From: a bacterium
GTDB lineage: Bacteria; UBA8248
Direction of reading: 5' to 3'
Length of the DNA: 58,394 nt
Assembly: GCA_965221165.1 (NCBI GenBank)
Contig: CBDCRP010000001.1
Span: 1 to 58,394, forward strand
Part shown: positions 42,639-51,085 of the stretch, in pieces
How positions within the stretch are numbered: the stretch's first letter is position 1
Layout: every line of letters begins with the position of its first letter
Made by a program: the position numbers and the translations under genes
Notes under the pieces: generated by a model
What the model was told of the DNA's origin: nothing
What the model saw: the letters and a program-made list of their open reading frames with translations, nothing else
The model's database searches: none

Positions 42639-42655
42639 AGGCTCTCTCTCCCGCA

Positions 42656-44587
42656 ATGCCAAACGCGAAGTTTCAGGGAACGGACGGGGTTCGCGGTCTC
42701 GTGGTGGATGAGAATCACCCACAGGTGCTGGGCGTCGATGCGCGCGCGGCCTTCGTGGAGCGTGGGGTCCTCACACCGAGGTTCATCGAGCATTACGTGT
42801 TTGAAGCCGGTTGCCGGCTCCTGGAGAGAGCCTCGGAACGGCTTATCTCTCCCGTTGCGGTGGTACTGTCCTGGGACCCCCGGGACGAGTCGGGGGAATT
42901 CTCCTCCGCGTGTGTGGGCGCTCTTCTGCGTGCGGGCGCGCACGTTCTCTCGCTCGGCGTCATGCCCACCCCGGTGGCTGCGGCATATCTGGCGGGCGTG
43001 GGCGGAGCGGGTGCGGTGATGCTCACTGCCTCTCACAATCCTGCGGATCAGAATGGCGTGAAAATTCTTTTATCTCCCGATTCGATGAAGCCCCTACCGG
43101 GGGAGGATGAGGCGATAAGCGCCCGCGTCTGGGCGAGCGACTGGGATTCGGTGGCGCAAACGCCGGCGAACGGCCAGTGCGTGGAATCCGCAGCCGAAGC
43201 GCGCGCCTTTTATGTAGACTACGTCACCAGGCTTTCCAACTGCTGGCTGCGTGCGGGTGATCTCGCCCGATGGGATTTCGTCATAGACCCGGCGGCCGGG
43301 GCGTGGAGCGGGTTGGCCGCCCATGTTTTGGAGGAATTTTCCCCCTTAAGCGTGCGGGAGGTGAACGCTCTTGATAGTGGGCGTGTGAACGAGGGCGGCG
43401 GTGTGGTCGCGCTCGAGGTCAGGCGCGTTATCAAGGGAGCGGACTCGGATTTCATCAGCGTACACGCAGGCGCGCGCGCGCTTTTCGAGGCGGGTCGCGC
43501 GCGGCGGGAAGAACTGCTGCTCGGCGACGGCGCAGCAGTGGCCTGCACTCTCGACGCCGACGGCGACAGGGGCTACACCCTCGTCTACAATCCGTTTCAC
43601 GATGCGCTTCACGTACTGGACGGGGACGACGCGCTTGTCTTGCAGTCGCGTTTTCTGAAAGAAGAAGAGGAACTACCCGATGGGGGCGTGGCCGCCATTA
43701 CGATAGAGAGCGATTCGGGCGCGGCGGCGGCCCTCTCCGAAATGGGACTTCGGGTCGTCTTCACCCCCGTGGGGGATAAGTGGATTTTGAATGAGGCGCA
43801 AAGATGGGGGGATCGCTTCGCCCTGGGCGGTGAGGAATCCGGCCATACGGTAGCGCCGGGCCTGCTCGTCAACGCGGCGGGCGAGGGGCGCAGAATCGCG
43901 GTGGGAGACGGGCTCAAGAGCTTTCTCAACACGTGCGCGGCGTTGCGCAGCCTTTTTGAGGCAGCAAAACCAGAGGAGGCGTATGCGGCCATCGGCGCGC
44001 CGTTTTCCCGGGGGTTCAAGAAATCCTATTATGCCTACCATGTGGAGCGGAGCCGCTTCACGCCGGGCACGGAGGCGTGGGAGGCCATAAGCGCGAAACT
44101 CATGGCGTGCGCAAAGAGCGCCTTCTCAGGCATAGCCACCCCGCGCCGGACTGCGCTTGAAGATGACGCGGGCGTCATGTATCTCGCTTTGGAAGATGAG
44201 GCGGGCGGGTCGCTTGGCGCGGTCTATGTGCGGAACTCCGGCACCGAGAGCAGAACGGGCGTGGTCCTCAGGGGACCCCTGGATTGTGAGGAGAGCCTCT
44301 GTGCCGTGGGAGAAGAAGTGTTGCGCGAGATTCTAAAGCACATGAAGGATGATGACGCTCCCGGCGCGCGGGCGGAGAATTGTTTACTCGAGGCTTTGAA
44401 GGAGAGCGACATGGACTTTGCGGCTGTCGACGCGCATTTGGGCTTAGGCTCCGAGGCCCGCTTCGGCGCGCCCGTTCGCCCCGAGGGCATAAGAAAAGAG
44501 GTTCTGCGTGGCGGACTGGCGCAGGCGGATGGAAAGCTCTTGCGTATCACGCCATTGGGCGAGTGGTATCTGGAGATGAAAAAATGA
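42656..44587 (+). CDS. Phosphohexomutase (GlmM-like), divergent, with C-terminal extension
   Basis: FQGTDGVRG, TASHNP, DADGDR, PVGDK, GGEESGH and RNSGTE. Confidence 0.85.
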   Translation: MPNAKFQGTDGVRGLVVDENHPQVLGVDARAAFVERGVLTPRFIEHYVFEAGCRLLERASERLISPVAVVLSWDPRDESGEFSSACVGALLRAGAHVLSLGVMPTPVAAAYLAGVGGAGAVMLTASHNPADQNGVKILLSPDSMKPLPGEDEAISARVWASDWDSVAQTPANGQCVESAAEARAFYVDYVTRLSNCWLRAGDLARWDFVIDPAAGAWSGLAAHVLEEFSPLSVREVNALDSGRVNEGGGVVALEVRRVIKGADSDFISVHAGARALFEAGRARREELLLGDGAAVACTLDADGDRGYTLVYNPFHDALHVLDGDDALVLQSRFLKEEEELPDGGVAAITIESDSGAAAALSEMGLRVVFTPVGDKWILNEAQRWGDRFALGGEESGHTVAPGLLVNAAGEGRRIAVGDGLKSFLNTCAALRSLFEAAKPEEAYAAIGAPFSRGFKKSYYAYHVERSRFTPGTEAWEAISAKLMACAKSAFSGIATPRRTALEDDAGVMYLALEDEAGGSLGAVYVRNSGTESRTGVVLRGPLDCEESLCAVGEEVLREILKHMKDDDAPGARAENCLLEALKESDMDFAAVDAHLGLGSEARFGAPVRPEGIRKEVLRGGLAQADGKLLRITPLGEWYLEMKK

Positions 44588-45360
44588 GCGAGACGGCGTC
44601 AGAAGTGTATTTTCGCAAGCTCGGCGAATTTCCCCACTCTATTTTGTTCGAGGGTGTGACGCATACCTGGGAGACCGTCGCTCGCCTTATGGATTTCGTC
44701 CGGAAACTGGTGGATGAGGCGGATGCGCCATCGACCGAGGCCGGCGCGCTGCGCGTGGAGGAGGGCCTTGTAGTGAGCGAGGGCCTGTTCGTCTCCGAGG
44801 AGAGGCTTAAAATCGCCTCCGCCGGTTTGCTCATAGAAGCGGGTGTGCGGGTCGAGCCGGGAGTCGTCATCAAGGGGCCGTCGGTGCTTTGCGCAGGTAC
44901 GGAAGTCAGGCACGGGGCGTATTTGCGGGGAGGCTGCCTCATCGGGCCCGGTTCCGTCGTCGGTCATGCAACGGAAGTGAAGAACAGCGCCTTTTTGAAC
45001 GGCGCGCAGGCCGGGCATTTCGCCTATGTGGGAGACAGCATTCTGGGCGCGGACGCGAACCTGGGCGCGGGCGTCAAGCTGGCGAATCTCGAGTTCAGAA
45101 CGGAGGAGGAAAAAAGAGGGGGCCGCCCGAAAAATATCGTTCTTAGGGTGGATGGAGAGCGAATCGACACCGGCCTCGCGAAATTCGGCGCGGTTGTGGG
45201 TGATGACGTCGAGATCGGCTGCAACGCGGTGACTTCTCCGGGCGTGCTGCTCGGTCCCGGCTCCTGGGTTACGCCGAACGTGACCGTCTCCAAGGGAATT
45301 TATCCAGAGCGAACGCTCATTCGTGGCGCGGGCCCGAAGGTCGGCCCCCGCAGGTTCTAG
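44584..45360 (+). CDS. Stand-alone hexapeptide (LbH) acetyltransferase, GlmU C-terminal-like
   Basis: EVRHGAYLRG, GHATEVKNS, HFAYVGDSILG, NLGAG and KFGAVVGD. Confidence 0.85.
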   Translation: MSETASEVYFRKLGEFPHSILFEGVTHTWETVARLMDFVRKLVDEADAPSTEAGALRVEEGLVVSEGLFVSEERLKIASAGLLIEAGVRVEPGVVIKGPSVLCAGTEVRHGAYLRGGCLIGPGSVVGHATEVKNSAFLNGAQAGHFAYVGDSILGADANLGAGVKLANLEFRTEEEKRGGRPKNIVLRVDGERIDTGLAKFGAVVGDDVEIGCNAVTSPGVLLGPGSWVTPNVTVSKGIYPERTLIRGAGPKVGPRRF

Positions 45361-45376
45361 TCTGAAAAACATATCC

Positions 45377-47686
45377 GTGGACTATCTGAAAGACTTGAAC
45401 CCACAGCAAAAAGAGGCGGTCCTGGCACCCGCAGGTGCGAATCTGGTGCTGGCGGGGGCGGGTTCGGGCAAGACGCGGGTCATCGTTCACCGCATCCTGC
45501 GCCTGCTCGCCGAGGGTCTCGCCCCACACCGGATTCTGGCCATCACCTTCACGAACAAGGCAGCGGGCGAGATGAGGGCGCGTCTCTTCTCCTCGTTGGA
45601 TGAGGGCGCCCGGGGCATCTGGGTGGGCACCTTTCACGCCGTTTGCGCAAGGATATTAAGAGCCGAAGCAGAGGCGGCGGGTTTGTCGCCAAATTTCACC
45701 ATACTCTCGCGCGGGGAGTGTCTCACGCTGGTGAAACGGTGCATGGCGGCGGCGACCATCAGCGAGGAGCGCTACTCGCCCCGTTCGGTTCTCGATCAGA
45801 TAGGACGCCGCAAAACCACACTCGGGGAGGTGGATGATTCGGATCCACCCCCATTCAGTATGGAGGAGATCGCCCGGAAAATAGCGCCGGCCTACGAGAG
45901 CGCCCTGCGCGAGGCGGGCGCGGTGGATTTCGAGGATCTGCTGGCGCGTCCTTTAAGCATGTTCCGGCAACATCCAGACGTTCTCCGGAAATATCAAGAC
46001 TGTTTTCAGGAACTACTCGTCGATGAATACCAGGACACCAACCCCGTGCAAGACGAACTCGTGGCCCTGCTATCGCGCGTTCACGGGCGCGTATTCGCCG
46101 TGGGGGATGACGACCAGGGAATCTACGGCTGGCGGGGGGCGCGGGTGGAGAACATCCTGCAATTCGAGAGCAGATTCCCCGGCGCGCGGGTGTTCCGTCT
46201 GGAGGAGAACTACCGCTCGAGCGGCGCGATACTCGGCGTCGCCTCGCGCATCATGGGTGAAGCAGGAGCGCGCTTTGAGAAGCGCCTTTTCACCCAGAAT
46301 TCTGAGGGGGAGGCCGTCTGTTATCTGGCGGCGGCGAACCCCGAGGCGGAGGCGGAAGCCGTTATCAAACGTCTCGCAGAAGCAGGGGGGGGTGGAGAAA
46401 TTCCCTGGAGGGATGTCGCCGTTTTCTACCGGATCAACACACAATCGCGCGCGCTTGAGGAGGCGGCCAGAAGGCATGGTATTCCCTACCAGGTGGTGAA
46501 GGGCCAGCGATTTTTCGATCGCGCCGAAGTCCAGGATCTGGCCGCTTACTTGCGGGTGCTCATCCGGCCCGAAGATGGTGCGGCATTCTCGCGCATCATC
46601 AACCGCCCGCCCCGGGGGCTGGGGCCGGAGCGCTTGAAGGCGATAGCGGGCGAAGGCGCGCCGGGCGTCACTATTGCCGATGCGGGGGCCGCTTTGGCCC
46701 AAGGCCGCCTCCGGGGAGAGGCCGCGCGGAGTCTCGGGACGTTGCTGGAGACGCTTGATGCGCTTGCCTCTCAGAAAACGGCCCCCGCGCATTTGATCGA
46801 GAAAGTGCTCGAGCGGACGGGCTACCGGGCCTGGCTGGAGGGGACTGCGCGGGGGAGCGCATCGGCCGAGCGTCGCCGCGCCGCCGCACGCGCCCTCGAG
46901 GGTGCGGGCGAGTTCGTCGCCGCAGCCCGTGCGTTCGAGGAGCGTGTTCTCGAAGAAGAAGGCGTATCACCCGAAGTGGATGAGGCCAAGACCTTGTTTT
47001 TGGAGGAACTGGCGTTGATGGGCGAGGCGGATGAGTTGTCCGGCGAGAGCGGCGCGCTTTCTCTGATGACGCTTCATACGGCGAAGGGTCTCGAGTTTGA
47101 CGCGGTGGGCATCGTCGGCGTGCAGGAGGGGTTGATTCCGCACAGCCGCTCCCGGAATGAGCCGGCGTCCCTGGATGAGGAGAGAAGGCTCTTGTACGTG
47201 GGGGTGACGCGGGCCAAGGAGGTTTTGTGTCTCTCCTGGGCGAAGGAACGGCGGCCCGAGGGCGCCAAAGAAAGCTGGGCGGCGCGCCCGAGCCGCTTCC
47301 TGGAAAAACTCGGGCCTGAACTCGTGAGGCGAGTGGGCGATCATGCGCCGAGGCGGAAAAAAGCCCCGCGCGATTTCAGCGCCTCGCGCGATTTTTCCTC
47401 TTCGCGCTACGATAGCATTCTGGCCGAAGTAAAGACCTCCCGTCGTCCCGAAACAAAGGATGTCCACTCCGTCCCACCCGCCGCGCTCGGCCCCTATGCG
47501 CCCGGCGCGCGCGTGCGGCACGAGAAATTCGGTCTCGGTGTCGTCTCCACGCGCAGCGGAACCGGAGACCGCACGGTGGTGAGCGTGGAATTCGAGAAGG
47601 TGGGACCAAAGAAGCTGGTTTTGAAGTACGCGCCTCTCTCGCCTGCGGATGAGGGCGTTGACGCGGGCGAGAACCCGGCGGTATAA
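45377..47686 (+). CDS. pcrA: UvrD/PcrA ATP-dependent DNA helicase
   Basis: LNPQQ, AGAGSGKT, VDEYQDTN, VGDDDQ, NYRS, TLHTAKGLEF, EERRLLYVGVTRA; C-terminal VRHEKFGLG Tudor-like domain. Confidence 0.93.
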   Translation: MDYLKDLNPQQKEAVLAPAGANLVLAGAGSGKTRVIVHRILRLLAEGLAPHRILAITFTNKAAGEMRARLFSSLDEGARGIWVGTFHAVCARILRAEAEAAGLSPNFTILSRGECLTLVKRCMAAATISEERYSPRSVLDQIGRRKTTLGEVDDSDPPPFSMEEIARKIAPAYESALREAGAVDFEDLLARPLSMFRQHPDVLRKYQDCFQELLVDEYQDTNPVQDELVALLSRVHGRVFAVGDDDQGIYGWRGARVENILQFESRFPGARVFRLEENYRSSGAILGVASRIMGEAGARFEKRLFTQNSEGEAVCYLAAANPEAEAEAVIKRLAEAGGGGEIPWRDVAVFYRINTQSRALEEAARRHGIPYQVVKGQRFFDRAEVQDLAAYLRVLIRPEDGAAFSRIINRPPRGLGPERLKAIAGEGAPGVTIADAGAALAQGRLRGEAARSLGTLLETLDALASQKTAPAHLIEKVLERTGYRAWLEGTARGSASAERRRAAARALEGAGEFVAAARAFEERVLEEEGVSPEVDEAKTLFLEELALMGEADELSGESGALSLMTLHTAKGLEFDAVGIVGVQEGLIPHSRSRNEPASLDEERRLLYVGVTRAKEVLCLSWAKERRPEGAKESWAARPSRFLEKLGPELVRRVGDHAPRRKKAPRDFSASRDFSSSRYDSILAEVKTSRRPETKDVHSVPPAALGPYAPGARVRHEKFGLGVVSTRSGTGDRTVVSVEFEKVGPKKLVLKYAPLSPADEGVDAGENPAV

Positions 47687-47705
47687 GAGCCCAAAGGGGA
47701 GAGTG

Positions 47706-47990
47706 ATGTCGATTTCGCGAGAAGATGTGATTCATGTATCCAACCTGGCGCGGCTGAACCTGCGTGAAGATGAGGTCGAGAAATTCACCGAACAACTCGG
47801 CGCCATTCTCGAGCACATCTCCAAGCTGAACGAGGTGGACACCGAAGGTGTGGAACCCACCTCGCACGTTCTCGACCTCGTGAACGTGTTCCGCGAGGAT
47901 GAGGTCACCGAATCCCCCATTGAGAATATGGAAAAAATGGCGCCCGATTTCGCAAGGGGCCATTTCCGCGTTCCCAAGGTCATCGAGTAG
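47706..47990 (+). CDS. gatC: Asp/Glu-tRNA amidotransferase subunit C
   Basis: VIHVSNLARL, LNEVDTEGVEPT, VFRED and FRVPKVIE. Confidence 0.95.
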   Translation: MSISREDVIHVSNLARLNLREDEVEKFTEQLGAILEHISKLNEVDTEGVEPTSHVLDLVNVFREDEVTESPIENMEKMAPDFARGHFRVPKVIE

Positions 47991-48002
47991 TTTCCCCGAA
48001 AC

Positions 48003-49466
48003 ATGGCGTACGCCTCCCTTAAAGAATTCGTCGACGCCTTAGAGCGCGCGCGCGAGTTGCGCCGCGTCAAGGTTCCGGTGGACGTGGAACTCGAGATCAC
48101 CGAAATCGCCGATCGCTCGGTAAAGAGCGGCGGCCCCGCCCTTTTGTTCGAAAAGCCGGTCGGCCCCGACGGGCATGAATACGACGTTCCCGTCCTCATC
48201 AACGCCTACGCCTCCGAGGAGCGGATGAAGCTGGCTTTAGGCGTCGATAGCATGGACGCGGTGGCCGACGAGGTGGCGGAGCTTTTAGAAATTAAGCCGC
48301 CCGAGGGCATCATCGAGAAGGTGAAGATGCTGCCCAAGCTCGCGCGGCTCGCTTCTTTTTCTCCGAAAACGGTGGGCGCGGCTCCTTGTCAGGAAATCGT
48401 GGAGACCGAAAACCCGAACCTCTTCTCGATTCCCGCCATCAAGTGCTGGCCCGAGGACGCGGGGCGCTACATCACCTTCGGGCACATTTATTCCCGAAAC
48501 CCAAGAACTGGCCGAAGAAACGTAGGGCTTTACCGCGTGCAGTTTTTCGACGAGACGACCGCCGGCATGCACATGCACCTTCATCACGACGGGGCGCAGA
48601 ATTTTCAGGAAAGCTCGAAAATGGGCGCGCGCATGGAGATGGCGATAGCCTTAGGGGGAGACCCCGTCTACGTCTATGCGGCGAGCGCGCCGCTTCCGCC
48701 CGCGATTGACGAGTTGAACCTCGCCGGTTTCTTAAGAAGAAAGAGCGCCGAACTGGTCAAGTGCAAGACGGTGGACGTGGAGGTTCCCGCGGATTCGGAC
48801 ATCGTGGTGGAGGGCTACCTGAACCCGGGCGAGTTGAGGGAAGAAGGTCCCTTTGGCGATCATACGGGCTGGTATTCCCTGGCGGATGATTATCCCGTCT
48901 TTCACGTCACGGCCATTACGAGAAAACGAGAGGCCATCTACCCCACCACCATCGTGGGCAGGCCCCCGATGGAGGACTACTGGCTCGGCGGGGCGACGGG
49001 GCGCATCTTCCTCCCCCTGATGAAGATGCATCTCCCCGAAATCGTGGACGTTCACATGCCGGCCGAGGGCGTGTTCCACAACATGGTGATCGTCTCGATC
49101 CGAAAGGCCTATCCCTACCATGCGCGGAAGGTGATGTACGCCCTGTGGGGGATGGGGCAGATGGCGCTCGCGAAGGTCATCGTCATCGTGGATGAGGACG
49201 TGAACGTGCACGACATCAGCGAGGTGTCCTGGAAGGTGCTGGGCAGCATCGACCCGAGGCGCGACATGGTGTTCGTCGACGGCCCCGTGGATGCGCTCGA
49301 ACACGCGGCGCCGCGTCTCCACGTGGGCAGCAAGGTGGGCGTGGACGGCACCCGCAAGTGGGCGTCGGAGGGTTTCGAGCGCGAATGGCCGCCCGAGATC
49401 GTGATGACGGACGAGATAAAAGAGCGCGTCACGAGGCGCTGGGAGGAGTACGGCCTTGGCGGCTGA
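48003..49466 (+). CDS. mqnL: UbiD-family menaquinone biosynthesis decarboxylase
   Basis: LEITEI, GPALLFEKP, NVGLYR, EGPFGDHTG, VGRPPMED; adjacent to UbiA-like and UbiE genes. Confidence 0.88.
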   Translation: MAYASLKEFVDALERARELRRVKVPVDVELEITEIADRSVKSGGPALLFEKPVGPDGHEYDVPVLINAYASEERMKLALGVDSMDAVADEVAELLEIKPPEGIIEKVKMLPKLARLASFSPKTVGAAPCQEIVETENPNLFSIPAIKCWPEDAGRYITFGHIYSRNPRTGRRNVGLYRVQFFDETTAGMHMHLHHDGAQNFQESSKMGARMEMAIALGGDPVYVYAASAPLPPAIDELNLAGFLRRKSAELVKCKTVDVEVPADSDIVVEGYLNPGELREEGPFGDHTGWYSLADDYPVFHVTAITRKREAIYPTTIVGRPPMEDYWLGGATGRIFLPLMKMHLPEIVDVHMPAEGVFHNMVIVSIRKAYPYHARKVMYALWGMGQMALAKVIVIVDEDVNVHDISEVSWKVLGSIDPRRDMVFVDGPVDALEHAAPRLHVGSKVGVDGTRKWASEGFEREWPPEIVMTDEIKERVTRRWEEYGLGG

Positions 49467-49473
49467 GGCGTCG

Positions 49474-50334
49474 ATGGCGAGTAGTTTCAGGCAGTTCCTG
49501 CGCATGGTGAAGTTCGAGCACACCATCTTCGGGCTTCCCTTCGTGCTGATGGGCGGCGTGATGGCGGCAGGGGGGATACCATCCCTCTGGGTTTTGTTCT
49601 GGATGGTGATGGCGGCGGTGGGCGCGCGTAATTTCGCCATGTCGCTCAACCGCTTCGCCGACAGGGACATCGACCCCAAGAACCCGAGAACGAAAGACCG
49701 CGCCGAGTTTCAGGTGCTGCTCCATTCAAAATCCATCCTCGTCATGCTGGCGGGCTTTCTGGCGCTCTTCATCTTCTCCGCATGGATGCTGAATCCGCTC
49801 GCTTTTGCGCTTTCTTTTGCGGTGGCAGCCTGTATCGTCTTCTATAGCTATTCGAAGCGCTTCACCTCCTGGACGCACCTGTTTCTGGGCGTGGTGCTGG
49901 GCTCAGCACCTGCGGGCGCATGGGTGGCCGTGCGCGGCGATCTGGACTTGGTCGCCGTTTTGCTTTTCTTGGGCGTCACTCTCTGGGTCAGCGGTTTTGA
50001 TTTGATTTATGCCTGTCTGGACGTGGATTTCGACAGCGAGGAGAACATCCATTCCCTGCCGCGTCTTCTGGGCATCAAAGGCGCGCTCATCCTCTCGGCC
50101 ATCGCGCACCTGATAGCGGTGGCCTGTTTCTACGCGGCGGGCCGGGCGTTCGGCCTGGGACCCCTTTACTGGTTAGCACTTGCGGCGGCGGGGTGTCTGC
50201 TGTTCTGGGAGCACTGGATCGTGCGGCCTGATGACCTGAGCCGGGTGGACATATCGTTTTTCAACCTGAACGCCTGGGTGTCCGTGGTCATCGCGTCGGG
50301 GGCCATCGCCGACGTGCTCATCGGCGCAGGCTGA
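49474..50334 (+). CDS. mqnP: UbiA-family prenyltransferase (MqnP-like)
   Basis: VKFEHTIFGLPF, NRFADRDIDPKNPRT, YSYSKRF and GFDLIYACLD. Confidence 0.88.
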   Translation: MASSFRQFLRMVKFEHTIFGLPFVLMGGVMAAGGIPSLWVLFWMVMAAVGARNFAMSLNRFADRDIDPKNPRTKDRAEFQVLLHSKSILVMLAGFLALFIFSAWMLNPLAFALSFAVAACIVFYSYSKRFTSWTHLFLGVVLGSAPAGAWVAVRGDLDLVAVLLFLGVTLWVSGFDLIYACLDVDFDSEENIHSLPRLLGIKGALILSAIAHLIAVACFYAAGRAFGLGPLYWLALAAAGCLLFWEHWIVRPDDLSRVDISFFNLNAWVSVVIASGAIADVLIGAG

Positions 50335-50342
50335 GCGCTCTC

Positions 50343-51053
50343 GTGCCGACCCGCATCGAGAAAAAGCAAGTCCAGGCGATGTTCTCGGACATCGCGCCCA
50401 CCTACGACCTCCTGAACCGAGTTTTAAGCTTCGGCGTGGATCGCTACTGGCGAAAGCGCGCGGTGTCGAGCCTTCTGCGTGATTGCAGCGGGAAAGAGGC
50501 TTGTTTTCTCGATCTGGCGACGGGCACGGCGGACGTAGCTCTGGAAGTCCATCGACAAGCCGATAGCTGCTCGCGCGTCGTGGGCGTTGATTTCGCATAC
50601 CCCATGCTCGCGCGCGGCAAGTTAAAGGCGGCGGGGAGCTGCGCTCCGCTTACTCTCATCCAGGCCGACGGCCTCAAGCTCCCCTTCACGGACGGCGCCT
50701 TCGATGGGGTCGTCATCGCGTTCGGCCTTCGCAATTTCGAGGATAGAGACGCTGGTCTCGCCGAGATGGGCCGCGTGCTGCGCGCTGGAAGCAGGCTCGT
50801 CGTTCTGGAGTTCGGGCACCCTGTGGGTCTGTTCGGGCTTTTGTACGCCTTTTACTTCAGGGTCCTTCTCCCGGTCGTGGGGAGGCTCGTCTCCGCACAC
50901 AGAAGCGCGTATAATTACCTTCCCAATACGGTATATGAATTTCCGGAAGCCGAGAGGCTCTCGGCGATGATGCGCGATGCGGGCTTTCGCGAGGTGAGCC
51001 ATCGCCCGATGACGGGCGGCATCGCCGAGCTTCACACCGGGGTGCGCGAGTAG
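50343..51053 (+). CDS. ubiE: Demethylmenaquinone methyltransferase (UbiE/MenG)
   Basis: MFSDIAPTYDLLN, LDLATGTAD, AFGLRN and AYNYLP. Confidence 0.93.
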   Translation: MPTRIEKKQVQAMFSDIAPTYDLLNRVLSFGVDRYWRKRAVSSLLRDCSGKEACFLDLATGTADVALEVHRQADSCSRVVGVDFAYPMLARGKLKAAGSCAPLTLIQADGLKLPFTDGAFDGVVIAFGLRNFEDRDAGLAEMGRVLRAGSRLVVLEFGHPVGLFGLLYAFYFRVLLPVVGRLVSAHRSAYNYLPNTVYEFPEAERLSAMMRDAGFREVSHRPMTGGIAELHTGVRE

Positions 51054-51085
51054 CCTCTCAAACGCCCCGCGTTCCCGAGGGAGGG

